In this document: in pieces, positions 8,399-17,504 of the stretch
Numbering within the stretch: position 1 is the stretch's first letter
How the letters are laid out: each line of letters starts with the position of its first letter
NCBI GenBank assembly: GCA_963706005.1
Contig: CAVPLL010000010.1
Location: 251,670 to 315,669, forward strand
DNA: 64,000 bases
Direction of reading: 5' to 3'
Source of the DNA: an uncultured Actinomycetes bacterium
GTDB taxonomy: Bacteria > Actinomycetota > UBA4738 > HRBIN12
The notes under the pieces: model-generated
Databases searched by the model: none
The model's input: only the letters and a program-made list of their open reading frames with translations
Told to the model about the DNA's origin: nothing
Position numbers and translations under genes: made by a program

Positions 8399-9043
8399 CT
8401 ACCGGCCCGCCGCGCGCACGACGATGTCCGCGGCCGCCTCGGGCTCGACCCACTCCGTGTTCAGCACGAGGTCGTAGTGGGTCGGGAGCTCGTGCTCGAC
8501 GCCGTAGAAGGACTTGAGGTAGGCGGCGCGCGCATCGTCGGAGCGTTTGCGCTCCTTGGCGGCTTCGGGCTCGCCGGCGCCGCGTGCTTCCGCGATGCGG
8601 TGCGTCCGGACCTCGACCGGGGCGGTGACCAGGACGCGGAGCAGGTCGTCCCGTCCCGTGAGGGCGAACGCCGCGGCGTGCGCCACGATCACGACGTCGC
8701 CCGATGCCGCCGTCTCGTGGATCGCCTCACGGATCAGCGTTCGGAGATCATGGCTCTGCGCGAGCCCGGACGCGTCGTCGGGGACCCACATCGGGCCACC
8801 GGGGGTGGCGCCGGCCGCGCCGCTCTGACCCAGGCCCTCGAGCAGGCGCAAGACCGCGCCCTTGCGGCGTTCGGCGTCCGCGATCACCGCGGGATCGACG
8901 CCCTGTTTCTCGGCGGCCGCCGAGATGATCTGCTCATCGACGTACCGGAACCCGAGCCGCTCGGCGACGAGCGAGCCGATGCGTTCGCCTTCGGCTCCGA
9001 TCGCCCTCGAGATCGCGACGACCCTGATCGTGCGTGCCGGCAT
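8399..9043 (-). CDS. Cytidylate-kinase-like family protein
   Basis: MPARTIRVVAISRAIGAEGERIGSLVAERLGFRYVDEQII..., 214 aa. ATG 9043 is preceded by GGAGG. The rest of track ORF 8399..10258 is the antisense shadow of the next gene. Confidence 0.7.
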   Translation of the reverse strand: MPARTIRVVAISRAIGAEGERIGSLVAERLGFRYVDEQIISAAAEKQGVDPAVIADAERRKGAVLRLLEGLGQSGAAGATPGGPMWVPDDASGLAQSHDLRTLIREAIHETAASGDVVIVAHAAAFALTGRDDLLRVLVTAPVEVRTHRIAEARGAGEPEAAKERKRSDDARAAYLKSFYGVEHELPTHYDLVLNTEWVEPEAAADIVVRAAGR

Positions 9044-9162
9044 GGTGGACCTCCTGCGTCGTTCGGCCGGCGCCGAGTCGCGCGCCGGGATCCGGGGGAT
9101 ACCGTATGCCGAGCCGATGATCGGGGCACCTGGGCCAGGTGTTGTCGGCGTCTCGTCGATCC

Positions 9163-9184
9163 CCGATATCGAGATGGATATCGG
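9163..9184. promoter_or_regulatory. 22-bp palindromic operator-like site CCGATATCGAGATGGATATCGG
   Basis: AT-rich inverted repeat in the divergent intergenic region 9044..9325. It matches the perfect palindrome at 39644..39665 at 19 of 22 positions. Confidence 0.4.
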
Positions 9185-9325
9185 GCCGGTCCGATGGAGC
9201 GGCCCGGGCTCTCGACAGGGCTCTGCCGGAACCGCGCCGAGCCCGCCTCGCGCTCCGACCGCCGTGTGGTTAGCATCCTGGGGAAACCGGCGCGTGGCGT
9301 CCGGCGTGAACCCGAAGGGGGCGCG

Positions 9326-10168
9326 ATGTCGACGACCGTGAAGGCCGCACTGCTGCAGACCGACTGGTCCGGCGATCAGGAGTCCATGACCGACAAGCAC
9401 GAGGAGGCGGCCCGCGAGGCGTCGGCCCAGGGCGCCGAGGTCATGTGCTTCCAGGAGCTGTTCTACGGGCCGTATTTCTGCCAGGTGCAGGACGCCGAGT
9501 ACTACAGCTACACCGAGCCGATCCCCGACGGCCCGACGACCAAGCGGTTCCAGAGCGTGGCCAAGGAGCTCGGCATGGTCATGATCCTGCCGATGTACGA
9601 GTTCGTGCAGGCGGGCCTGTACCACAACACCGCCGCGGTCATCGACGCGGACGGGACGTACCTGGGCAAGTACCGCAAGCAGCACATCCCGCAGGTGAAG
9701 GGCTTCTGGGAGAAGTTCTACTTCGCGCCGGGGACCGAGGGGTACCCGGTGTTCGAGACGGCGGTCGGCAAGGTCGGCGTGTACATCTGCTACGACCGCC
9801 ACTTCCCCGAGGGCTGGCGGATCCTCGGCCTGCACGGCGCCGAGATCGTGTTCAACCCCTCGGCCACCCACCGGGGCCTGAGCGAGTACATCTGGCGGCT
9901 CGAGCAGCCCGCCGCGGCCGTCGCGAACATGTACTACGTGGGCGCGATCAACCGCGTGGGGATCGAACCCCTCGGCGACAACGACTTCTACGGGCAGAGC
10001 TACTTCGTCGATCCCGAGGGCAAGTTCGTCGGGGACGTGGGCGACCCGTACAAACCGGAGCTGATCGTGCGCGAGCTCGACATGGGCAAGATCCGCGAGG
10101 TCCGCGACCGATGGGCGTTCTACCGCGACCGCCGGCCCGACGCGTACGACCCGATCGTCGCTCGCTGA
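9326..10168 (+). CDS. Carbon-nitrogen hydrolase (beta-ureidopropionase / N-carbamoyl-amine amidase-like)
   Basis: MCFQELF (Glu), YRKQHIP (Lys) and VYICYDRHFPE (Cys) form the nitrilase-superfamily triad. 280 aa. Confidence 0.85.
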   Translation: MSTTVKAALLQTDWSGDQESMTDKHEEAAREASAQGAEVMCFQELFYGPYFCQVQDAEYYSYTEPIPDGPTTKRFQSVAKELGMVMILPMYEFVQAGLYHNTAAVIDADGTYLGKYRKQHIPQVKGFWEKFYFAPGTEGYPVFETAVGKVGVYICYDRHFPEGWRILGLHGAEIVFNPSATHRGLSEYIWRLEQPAAAVANMYYVGAINRVGIEPLGDNDFYGQSYFVDPEGKFVGDVGDPYKPELIVRELDMGKIREVRDRWAFYRDRRPDAYDPIVAR

Positions 10169-10193
10169 GCGACGATCCCTAGGGAGGGGAACG

Positions 10194-11210
10194 ATGGACA
10201 TCGGCGTGGTGCTGCAGACCACCCCACCCAGCGCCCGCGTGATCGACCTCGGGACCAAGGCGGAGACCTACGGGTTCACCCACGTGTGGACCTTCGACAG
10301 CCACATCCTGTGGGAGGAGCCGTTCCCGATCTACACGCAGGTCCTCGCGAACACCCGCAAGGTGACCGTCGGGTCGATGGTCACGAACCCGGCGACCCGG
10401 GACTGGACGGTGACGGCGAGCGCGTTCGCCACGTTGAACGAGATGTTCGGCAACCGGACGGTGATCGGGATCGGCCGCGGCGATTCGGCCGTGCGGGTCA
10501 TCAACGGCAAGCCGACGACGCTCGCGACGCTCCGCGAGAGCGTGGGCGTCATCCGTGAGCTCGTGAACGGCCGCACGGCCGAGTACCGCGGTTCGAAGAT
10601 CCGGTTCCCGTGGGCTTCGCGCAGCCGGGCGGAGGTGTGGATCGCGGGCTACGGCCCTCAGGCGCTCAAGCTGATCGGCGAGGTCGGCGACGGCTTCATC
10701 CTGCAGCTCGCGGACCCGCACATCACCGAGTGGACGATCGGCGCCGTGCGCGAGGCCGCCGTGGCGGCAGGCCGGGATCCGGACGACGTGATGATCTGCG
10801 TCGCGGCGCCCGCCTACGTCACCGACGACGTCGCACACGCCAGGGATCAGTGCCGGTGGTTCGGCGGCATGGTCGGGAACCACGTCGCCGATATCGTCGC
10901 GCGGTACGGCGAGAGTTCCGCCGTCCCCAAGGCGCTCACGGACTACATCAAGGGTCGGGAGGGCTACGACTACAACGAGCATGGGCAGGCGGGTAACGTC
11001 CACACCGAGTTCGTGCCCGACGAGATCATCGACCGCTTCTGCATCCTCGGACCCGTCGAGGAGCACGTGCGGCGCCTGGAGGAGCTGAAGGGGCTGGGCG
11101 TGCATCAGTTCGCCGTCTACCTGCAGCACGACGCCAAGGACGAGACACTGCAGGCCTACGGCGAACGGGTCATCCCGGCGATCGCCGACACGGTGCGCGC
11201 GAAGACTTGA
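10194..11210 (+). CDS. LLM-class (luciferase-like) flavin/F420-dependent oxidoreductase
   Basis: MDIGVVLQTTPP...YGFTHVWTFDSHILW...IGIGRGDSAVR is a typical LLM fold signature. SD GGGAGGGG. Confidence 0.8.
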   Translation: MDIGVVLQTTPPSARVIDLGTKAETYGFTHVWTFDSHILWEEPFPIYTQVLANTRKVTVGSMVTNPATRDWTVTASAFATLNEMFGNRTVIGIGRGDSAVRVINGKPTTLATLRESVGVIRELVNGRTAEYRGSKIRFPWASRSRAEVWIAGYGPQALKLIGEVGDGFILQLADPHITEWTIGAVREAAVAAGRDPDDVMICVAAPAYVTDDVAHARDQCRWFGGMVGNHVADIVARYGESSAVPKALTDYIKGREGYDYNEHGQAGNVHTEFVPDEIIDRFCILGPVEEHVRRLEELKGLGVHQFAVYLQHDAKDETLQAYGERVIPAIADTVRAKT

Positions 11211-12076
11211 CGAAGCGGGTTCGACGGATCTGGACGTTCGCGCTGGCGCTGGTGCTCGTCGCCGTGGTCTGGGAGCTGTACAAGGCCATCGGTCCGCAGG
11301 ACGGCGGGACGCTCTTCGGCTGGACGATCCTTCCCCGCGCCAACGACCGAGCGATGCCGCACGTCTGGGAGATGTTCTCGCGGTACGCGCAACCGGAGAA
11401 CCGCGCGTCGTCGATCCCCATCGCGCTGGTCGTCCTGCAGGGGGCCTGGTTCACGTTCCGGCTCGCGCTCGCCGGGTTCGCGCTGGGCACGCTCGTCGGG
11501 CTGGGCCTGGCGATCTTGATGGCGCGCTACAAGGTGGTCGAGCGTGGGCTGCTGCCGTACCTGGTGCTGTCGCAGACGGTGCCGCTGATCGCGCTCGCGC
11601 CGCTCGTGGTCAGTTGGGGCGGCAAGCTCCACCTCGGGGCGTTCGAGTGGCCGAGGTGGCTCTCGGCTGCCGTGCTGGGAGCCTTCCTGGCGTTCTTCCC
11701 GGTGGCCGTCGGGACGCTGAAGGGGTTGACGTCGACACCGCCGGCGTCGCTCGAGCTCATGGACTCGTACGCCGCGTCGTGGCGCCAGACGCTGGTGAAG
11801 CTCCGGTTCCCGGCGGCGCTTCCCTACATCGTGCCGGCCCTGAAGCTGGCCGCGACCGCGTCGGTGGTCGGCGTCGTGGTCGCGGAGATCTCGACTGGGC
11901 TGGCCGGCGGCATCGGCCGCCTGATCATCGAATACGCCCGGGAGGCCACGAGCGACCCCGCCAAGGTGTTCACGGCCGTGTTCGGCGCGGCTGCCCTCGG
12001 GTTGGTGATGGCGGGGATCGTCGCGCTGGTCGATCTCGTGGGGATGCGGAACCGCCCACGCGAGGTGACCGAGTGA
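11207..12076 (+). CDS. ABC transporter permease (NitT/TauT family)
   Basis: Multiple TM segments and an EAA-like loop. TTG start overlaps the preceding stop. Confidence 0.8.
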   Translation: MTKRVRRIWTFALALVLVAVVWELYKAIGPQDGGTLFGWTILPRANDRAMPHVWEMFSRYAQPENRASSIPIALVVLQGAWFTFRLALAGFALGTLVGLGLAILMARYKVVERGLLPYLVLSQTVPLIALAPLVVSWGGKLHLGAFEWPRWLSAAVLGAFLAFFPVAVGTLKGLTSTPPASLELMDSYAASWRQTLVKLRFPAALPYIVPALKLAATASVVGVVVAEISTGLAGGIGRLIIEYAREATSDPAKVFTAVFGAAALGLVMAGIVALVDLVGMRNRPREVTE

Positions 12077-12912
12077 CCGACGCCAGAGGGGACGGTCAGG
12101 TCAACGCCGTCGAGGTCCGCGGCCTCTCCAAGGTGTTCAACGTCGGGCGGCCCGACGCGGTCGAGGCGCTGGTCGACATCGACCTCGTGATCCGGCCGGG
12201 CGAGTTCGTCTCGCTGATCGGGCCGTCCGGATGCGGCAAGTCGACGCAGCTGCGGCTGATCGCGAACCTGACCGAACCCACGATCGGCGAGGTCCTGGTG
12301 AACGGCAAGCCGGCCCGCACCGCGAGGCTCGACCAGGACTACGGGATGGCGTTCCAGCAGGCGGGCCTGTTCGAGTGGCGCAGCGTGGCCAAGAACGTCG
12401 AGCTGCCGCTCGAGCTGAAGGGCTGGGACCGGGCCAGGCGGCGACAGCGAGCCCTTGAGATGCTCGAGCTGGTCAAGCTGCCCGAGTTCGCCGAGCACTT
12501 CCCCTGGCAGCTGTCCGGCGGCATGCAACAGCGGGTCGCGATCGCACGGGCGCTCGCGGCGCACCCGCCCCTGCTGCTGATGGACGAGCCGTTCGGCGCC
12601 CTCGACGAGATGACCCGCGAGCACATGCAGACCGAGCTGCTGCGGATCTGCGGGGAGACCTCGACCACGGTCGTGTTCGTGACCCATTCGATCCCCGAGG
12701 CGGTGTTCCTGTCGACGCGGGTGGTCGTGATGTCGCCCCGGCCGGGGAGGATCACCGACGTGATCGAGGTCGAGCTGGGGGAGCGGCGCGACGTCGAGAC
12801 CCGGGAGACGACCCCGTTCTTCGCCAAGGTCACCGATGTTCGTGAGGCGCTCCGCGGTATCCAGCCGGCCGGCGTCGAGCCCGATATCGAGCAGGCGGTC
12901 GAGGACCTGTGA
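12073..12912 (+). CDS. ABC transporter ATP-binding protein (NitT/TauT family)
   Basis: Walker A GPSGCGKST, signature LSGGMQQRV, Walker B LLLMDEPF. GTG start in a GTGA overlap with the permease stop. Confidence 0.9.
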   Translation: MTDARGDGQVNAVEVRGLSKVFNVGRPDAVEALVDIDLVIRPGEFVSLIGPSGCGKSTQLRLIANLTEPTIGEVLVNGKPARTARLDQDYGMAFQQAGLFEWRSVAKNVELPLELKGWDRARRRQRALEMLELVKLPEFAEHFPWQLSGGMQQRVAIARALAAHPPLLLMDEPFGALDEMTREHMQTELLRICGETSTTVVFVTHSIPEAVFLSTRVVVMSPRPGRITDVIEVELGERRDVETRETTPFFAKVTDVREALRGIQPAGVEPDIEQAVEDL

Positions 12913-13700
12913 GGCGATCGCCCCGGCACCTGTTCAGCCTGGTCTGGCCGCCGGTGGTGTTCGGCCTGGCGTTCCTCGCGATCTGGGAGACGGCGGTGCA
13001 CGTCTTCGACTTCCAGCCGTACTTCCTGGCGGCCCCCTCGGCGATCTGGGATGCGTTCCGGGCGAACACCGCCCTGATCTGGGAGGCCACCAGGGTCTCG
13101 GGCCTGAATGCCCTCCTCGGGCTCGTGCTCGGGACCGCGATCGGGGTCGGGATGGCCTTCGCGCTCGCGCGCTTCCGGCTCGCCGACGACCTGATGACGC
13201 CGCTCGCCGTCGCCCTGAACGCGATCCCGATCTTCGTGCTCGTGGCCGTGTTCAACAACATGTACCCGGTGACGAGCGAGGTGCCTCGCAGGCTGATGGT
13301 GACGCTGGTCGTGTACTTCATCGTCCTGGTGAACGTCGCGCGAGGTCTGCGGGAGGTGGGCACCGTGTACCTGGACCTGATGCGTTCGTATGCAGCGAGC
13401 GACGCGACGGTCCTGCGGAAGGTCCGGGTCCCGCACGCCGTCCCCTACCTGTTCATCGCGCTCAAGATCGCCGCGCCCGCGGCGGTGATCACCGCGTTCG
13501 TCTCCGAGTACTTCGGCGGACTGCAGAACGGACTCGGCAGCCGGATCGTGAGCAACATCGCGTTGTCGAACAACGCGGAGGCCTGGGCCTACGTCCTCGG
13601 CGCCTGCTTGCTGGGGCTGGCGTTCTTCCTTTCGGCCGTGACGCTCGAGCGCGTGGCGACGCCGGGTGGATCCGGCAGGCGAGAGCGACTTGGGGCATGA
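12909..13700 (+). CDS. ABC transporter permease (NitT/TauT family), second subunit
   Basis: Six predicted TM segments. Start overlaps the ATPase stop. Confidence 0.8.
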   Translation: MRRSPRHLFSLVWPPVVFGLAFLAIWETAVHVFDFQPYFLAAPSAIWDAFRANTALIWEATRVSGLNALLGLVLGTAIGVGMAFALARFRLADDLMTPLAVALNAIPIFVLVAVFNNMYPVTSEVPRRLMVTLVVYFIVLVNVARGLREVGTVYLDLMRSYAASDATVLRKVRVPHAVPYLFIALKIAAPAAVITAFVSEYFGGLQNGLGSRIVSNIALSNNAEAWAYVLGACLLGLAFFLSAVTLERVATPGGSGRRERLGA

Positions 13701-13750
13701 TGGGCCGTCTCGAAGGTGTGGGGGCGCAGGCCCCGGGGGGAGGAGGCGGC

Positions 13751-14935
13751 ATGAGGGGGAAGCGATCACGGTTCCTGAGCGTCGTGGTGAGCGCGATCGT
13801 GCTCGCGTTGGTCGCGGCGGCGTGCAGCAGCGATGAGGGCGGCGGCGGGACGACCGGCGGCGGGACGACGGGCGGCGAGACGGGTGGTGGCAGCTGCGCC
13901 TCGACGGACTCGGTCAGCCTGCAGCTGCAGTGGTTCATCCAATCGCAGTTCGCCGGCTACTACGCGGCGCAGGACCAGGGCTTCTACGCCGACCAATGCC
14001 TCGACGTCACCATCGTCGAGGGCGGCGTCGACATCGTTCCGCAACAGCAGCTCGCGGACGGGGCCGTGGACTTCGCGCTCGCCTGGGTCCCCAAGGCGCT
14101 CGCCACGCGCGAGGCCGGCGCGAACATCGTCGACATCGCGCAGGTGTTCCAGCGCTCGGGGACGCTCCAGGTCTCGTTCGCCGACGAAGGCATCACGACG
14201 CCCGCAGACTTCGCCGGCAAGACGGTGGGGAACTGGGGGTTCGGCAACGAGTACGAGATCTTCGCGGCCCTGGCTCAGGCCAACCTCGACCCGGCGAAGG
14301 ACGTCACGCTCGTACAGCAGGACTTCGACATGTCTGGCCTGCTCTCCGGTGACATCGACGCGGCGGAGGCGATGATCTACAACGAGTACGCCCAGGTGCT
14401 CGAGACGGTGAACCCGGACACCGGCGAGCTCTATCAGCCTTCCGACCTGAACGTGATCTCCTACGAGGAGGACGGGGTCGGGATGCTCCAGGACGCGATC
14501 TGGGCCGACGGTGAGCGCCTGGCGTCCGATGCGTCGTACCAGGACATCGCGGTCCGGTTCGTCACGGCGTCGCTCCAGGGTTGGGCCTATTGCCGGGACA
14601 ACGTCCAGGCCTGCACCGATCTGGTGGTCGCGCAGGGCTCCAAGCTCGGCGCCAGCCACCAACTGTGGCAGATGAACGAGATCAACCAGTTGATCTGGCC
14701 CGCGCCGGACGGCGTCGGCGTCATCAACCAGGAGGCGTGGGACCGGACGGCTCAGATCGCGCAGACCACGCCGAACCTGGAGGGGACGACGGTGTTGACC
14801 GCCCCGCCGGACGCCGGGGCCTTCACGAACGACATCGTCAACGAGGCCCTGACCAACCTGCAGGCCCTCGGCGTGGACACGACCGGCGACTCGTACCAGC
14901 CCACCGAGGTCACGCTGAACGAGGGCGGCGCCTAG
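13751..14935 (+). CDS. ABC substrate-binding lipoprotein (NMT1/THI5-like)
   Basis: Lipobox LVAAAC followed by a Gly/Thr linker. LQLQWFIQSQFAGYYAAQDQGFY is typical of NMT1-like binding proteins. AGGAGG SD. Confidence 0.85.
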   Translation: MRGKRSRFLSVVVSAIVLALVAAACSSDEGGGGTTGGGTTGGETGGGSCASTDSVSLQLQWFIQSQFAGYYAAQDQGFYADQCLDVTIVEGGVDIVPQQQLADGAVDFALAWVPKALATREAGANIVDIAQVFQRSGTLQVSFADEGITTPADFAGKTVGNWGFGNEYEIFAALAQANLDPAKDVTLVQQDFDMSGLLSGDIDAAEAMIYNEYAQVLETVNPDTGELYQPSDLNVISYEEDGVGMLQDAIWADGERLASDASYQDIAVRFVTASLQGWAYCRDNVQACTDLVVAQGSKLGASHQLWQMNEINQLIWPAPDGVGVINQEAWDRTAQIAQTTPNLEGTTVLTAPPDAGAFTNDIVNEALTNLQALGVDTTGDSYQPTEVTLNEGGA

Positions 14936-15006
14936 GAGCATCGGCGGGCGGGCCTCCGCGGCCCGCCCGCCACCCACTGCGGTCCCGCCGGGCGCGCGCG
15001 ATTCCC

Positions 15007-15012
15007 TATCAT
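15007..15012 (+). promoter_or_regulatory. Putative -10 box TATCAT, 6 nt upstream of ATG 15019 (leaderless-type)
   Basis: TAnnnT-N6-ATG geometry with no SD. Confidence 0.4.
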
Positions 15013-15018
15013 CGGCGG

Positions 15019-15961
15019 ATGGCGAAACTGCTGCTGCTGAACGCCGCCGACGTCCGTTCGCTCATCGACCTGCCCACGCTGTTCGGGGCGCTCGAGGGCG
15101 CGCTCCGCGACCTGAGCGCCGGGGCGGCCTCGGTCCCGCCACGAACCGTCGCGCGGACGCCCGGCGGCTTCCTCGGCTCGATGCCCGGCTACCTCCCCGG
15201 TACCGCGCTCGAGGCCAAGCTGGTCGCGGTCTTCCCCGGCAACCACGACCGAGGACTCCCGTCGCACCAGGCGCTGATCGCGCTGTTCGATGAGGAGACC
15301 GGGGCGCCGCTCTGCGTGATGGACGGGACGATCATCACCGCCGTCCGCACAGGCGCGACCGCGGCGGTCGCCGCCCGCGCGCTCGCGCGTCGGAACCCTC
15401 GAACCCTGGCGATCCTCGGCGCCGGCGTGCAGGGCCGCTCGCACCTCGACGCGTTCGCGCGTCTGTTCGAGCTCGACGAGATCCGCGTGGCGTCACGCAG
15501 TCACGAGCACGCCGAGGCGCTCGCCGCGGTCGACCCGCGCGCGAGAGCGGCGGGGACGTTCGAGGAGGCGGTCCGAGGCGCCGATCTCGTGTGCTGCTGC
15601 ACGGACGCTGAGGAGCCCGTGATCTCGCGCGAGTGGCTGCGGCCGGGCGCGCACGTCAGCTCGGTGGGCGTCGGTGCCGAGGTCGACGACGCCACCGTGC
15701 GGGACGCCTCGGTCTTCGTCGAGTGGCGCGGGGCCGCCGAGAACCCGCCCCCCACGGGCTCGGCGGAGCTCCAGGGCCTCGACCCGCGGGCGATCGCCGA
15801 GATCGGTGAGGTGCTCGCCGGCACGCATGCGGGACGGCGCTCCGACGACGAGCTCACGCTCTACAAGTCGACCGGCCACGCGGTCGAGGACGCCGCGGCC
15901 GCACGGCAGGTGTTCGACCGCGCGAACGGCCGAGGGCGTCGGGCAGACGTTCGACCTGTGA
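15019..15961 (+). CDS. Ornithine cyclodeaminase/mu-crystallin family protein; as sequenced it reads in-frame into the next gene (probable 1-nt indel near 15920-15930)
   Basis: LAILGAGVQGRSH Rossmann motif. The family-typical C-terminus ...TAEGVGQTFDL* is found in the +1 frame (ORF 15674..15961) ending at TGA 15959..15961. Confidence 0.8.
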
Positions 15962-16926
15962 CCGGGACCCCTCGGCACACCGTGCTGACGCTGGAGGAGA
16001 TCGAGCTGGCTCGCGGCCGCATCGAGGGCACGGCGATCCGAACGCCGCTCGTGCGCCTCGAGGTCGACGTTCCCGACACCGAGATCCACCTGAAGCTCGA
16101 GGTCCTGCAGCCGGTCGGCTCGTTCAAGATCCGGGGGGCGGGCTCGCTGATCGAGTCGCTCGCGCCCGAGGAGCTCGCCGACGGTGTGTGGACGGCGAGC
16201 GCGGGCAACATGGGGCAGGCGGTCGCCTGGTACGCGCGACGCAAGGGCCTGGCCTGCACCGTCGTGATGCCGGACACCGCACCGGCATCCAAGACCTCGG
16301 CCGTCGAACGGCTCGGGGGCGCGATCATCGAGGTCTCGTTCGACGAGTGGCTGGGTGTGTTCGCGTCGCGCGCGTTCCCCGGCCTGAGCGGAGCCTTCGT
16401 GCATCCGTTCAGCGACCGGCGCGTGATGGCCGGGAACGGGACGATCGGCCTCGAGATCGTCGAGGACCTGCCGCAGGTCGACGCGGTGGTGATCCCCTAC
16501 GGTGGCGGGGGTCTGAGCTGCGGGATCGCGTCGGCGATCCGGGTGCGGGCGCCGCGGACGAGGATCTACGCCGCCGAGGTCGCGACGGCGGCACCGCTCG
16601 CCCCCTCGCTCTCGGCCGGCGAACCCGTGGAGGTGACCCACACCCCGAGCTTCGTCGACGGGATCGGCGCACCGAGGGTCTTCCCGGAGATGTTCGCGCT
16701 CGCTCGCACGCTCCTGGACGGATCGCTCGTGGTCGAGCCGGACGCGGCGGCCGAGGCGATTCGGCTGCTGGCAACGCGCGCGCACGTCGTCGCCGAGGGC
16801 GCTGGCGGCGTCCCGGTCGCGGCGGCGACCGGTGGTCTGGCCGGCCACGGGAGGGTGGTCGCGGTCGTCTCGGGCGGCAGCATCGATGCGTCGGAGCTCG
16901 CGAGCATCCTCGCGGGCGGCGGCTGA
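15958..16926 (+). CDS. PLP-dependent threonine/serine dehydratase-like enzyme
   Basis: PLP-lysine motif QPVGSFKIRGA and glycine loop IPYGGGGL. GTG 15958 overlaps TGA 15959..15961 of the alternative-frame OCD end (GTGA). Confidence 0.85.
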   Translation: MTGTPRHTVLTLEEIELARGRIEGTAIRTPLVRLEVDVPDTEIHLKLEVLQPVGSFKIRGAGSLIESLAPEELADGVWTASAGNMGQAVAWYARRKGLACTVVMPDTAPASKTSAVERLGGAIIEVSFDEWLGVFASRAFPGLSGAFVHPFSDRRVMAGNGTIGLEIVEDLPQVDAVVIPYGGGGLSCGIASAIRVRAPRTRIYAAEVATAAPLAPSLSAGEPVEVTHTPSFVDGIGAPRVFPEMFALARTLLDGSLVVEPDAAAEAIRLLATRAHVVAEGAGGVPVAAATGGLAGHGRVVAVVSGGSIDASELASILAGGG

Positions 16927-16949
16927 CCTCGAGCCGCTACGCTTCGCCC

Positions 16950-17504
16950 GTGCGCGTCGACCCGGACTTCCAACCGATCGTCACCGAACGTCTGCGGCTC
17001 CGGCGTTCGACGCCGGAGGACGCCGAGACGATCGCGGCGTACCGGAGCGACCCCGACGTCCACAGCCAGCAGGGGTGGGAGCGCACCGACCACGAGGGCG
17101 TGCTCGCCGACATCGTCGAGATGAGCGGCCGTTCGCCGGGGGAGCCCGGGGGATGGGTGCAGTTCACGGTCGAGGAGCGCGAGGGCGGCAGGCTCGTGGG
17201 CGACGTCGGGTTCGCGGTCGCGGACCCCGAGCCCGGCGTGGTCAAGGTCGGCTACACGATCGCGCCGGCGTTCCAGGGGCTCGGGTACGCGAGCGAGGCG
17301 ATACGAGCGCTGGTCGTGTACGTGTTCGACACGCTCGGCGCGGAGGTCGTGCGGGCGCACGCGAGTGCCGACAACGCGCCTTCGATCCGGGTCGCCGAGA
17401 AGGTGGGGATGCGGCTGGTCGAGCGGTTCGAGCACCGCGAGGGCAACGACGTCTGGTACGGCGTGCGGTACGAGCGCGCGCGCGACCCCGAACCTCAGGA
17501 CTGA
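16950..17504 (+). CDS. GNAT family N-acetyltransferase (RimJ/RimL-like)
   Basis: TERLRLRR...VGYTIAPAFQGLGYASEA...NAPSIRVAEKVGM. The N-terminal part of track ORF 16188..17504 is an out-of-frame overlap of the PLP gene. Confidence 0.8.
   Translation: MRVDPDFQPIVTERLRLRRSTPEDAETIAAYRSDPDVHSQQGWERTDHEGVLADIVEMSGRSPGEPGGWVQFTVEEREGGRLVGDVGFAVADPEPGVVKVGYTIAPAFQGLGYASEAIRALVVYVFDTLGAEVVRAHASADNAPSIRVAEKVGMRLVERFEHREGNDVWYGVRYERARDPEPQD

Noticed and set aside
8189-10258. Long overlapping ORFs 8189..10168 (+) and 8399..10258 (-)
   Set aside because: Only the 3' portions (9326..10168 and 8399..9043) give recognisable proteins with SDs. The remainders are mutual antisense shadows.
12880-12895. Additional GATATC-containing copies (e.g. 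12884, about 10900, about 60168, 32572) as operator sites
   Set aside because: These lie inside coding sequence or lack the second half-site. A rough composition-based expectation of a few GATATC per 64 kb means isolated hexamers are not evidence.
14581-16926. Treating the 781-aa ORF as a natural N-terminally extended bifunctional enzyme
   Set aside because: The first 146 aa overlap the binding-protein gene out of frame and look like junk, and ATG 15019 has a leaderless -10 box. The OCD/PLP junction shows a vestigial GTGA coupling site plus the proper OCD C-terminus in another frame. An indel-generated fusion is therefore more likely than an evolved one.
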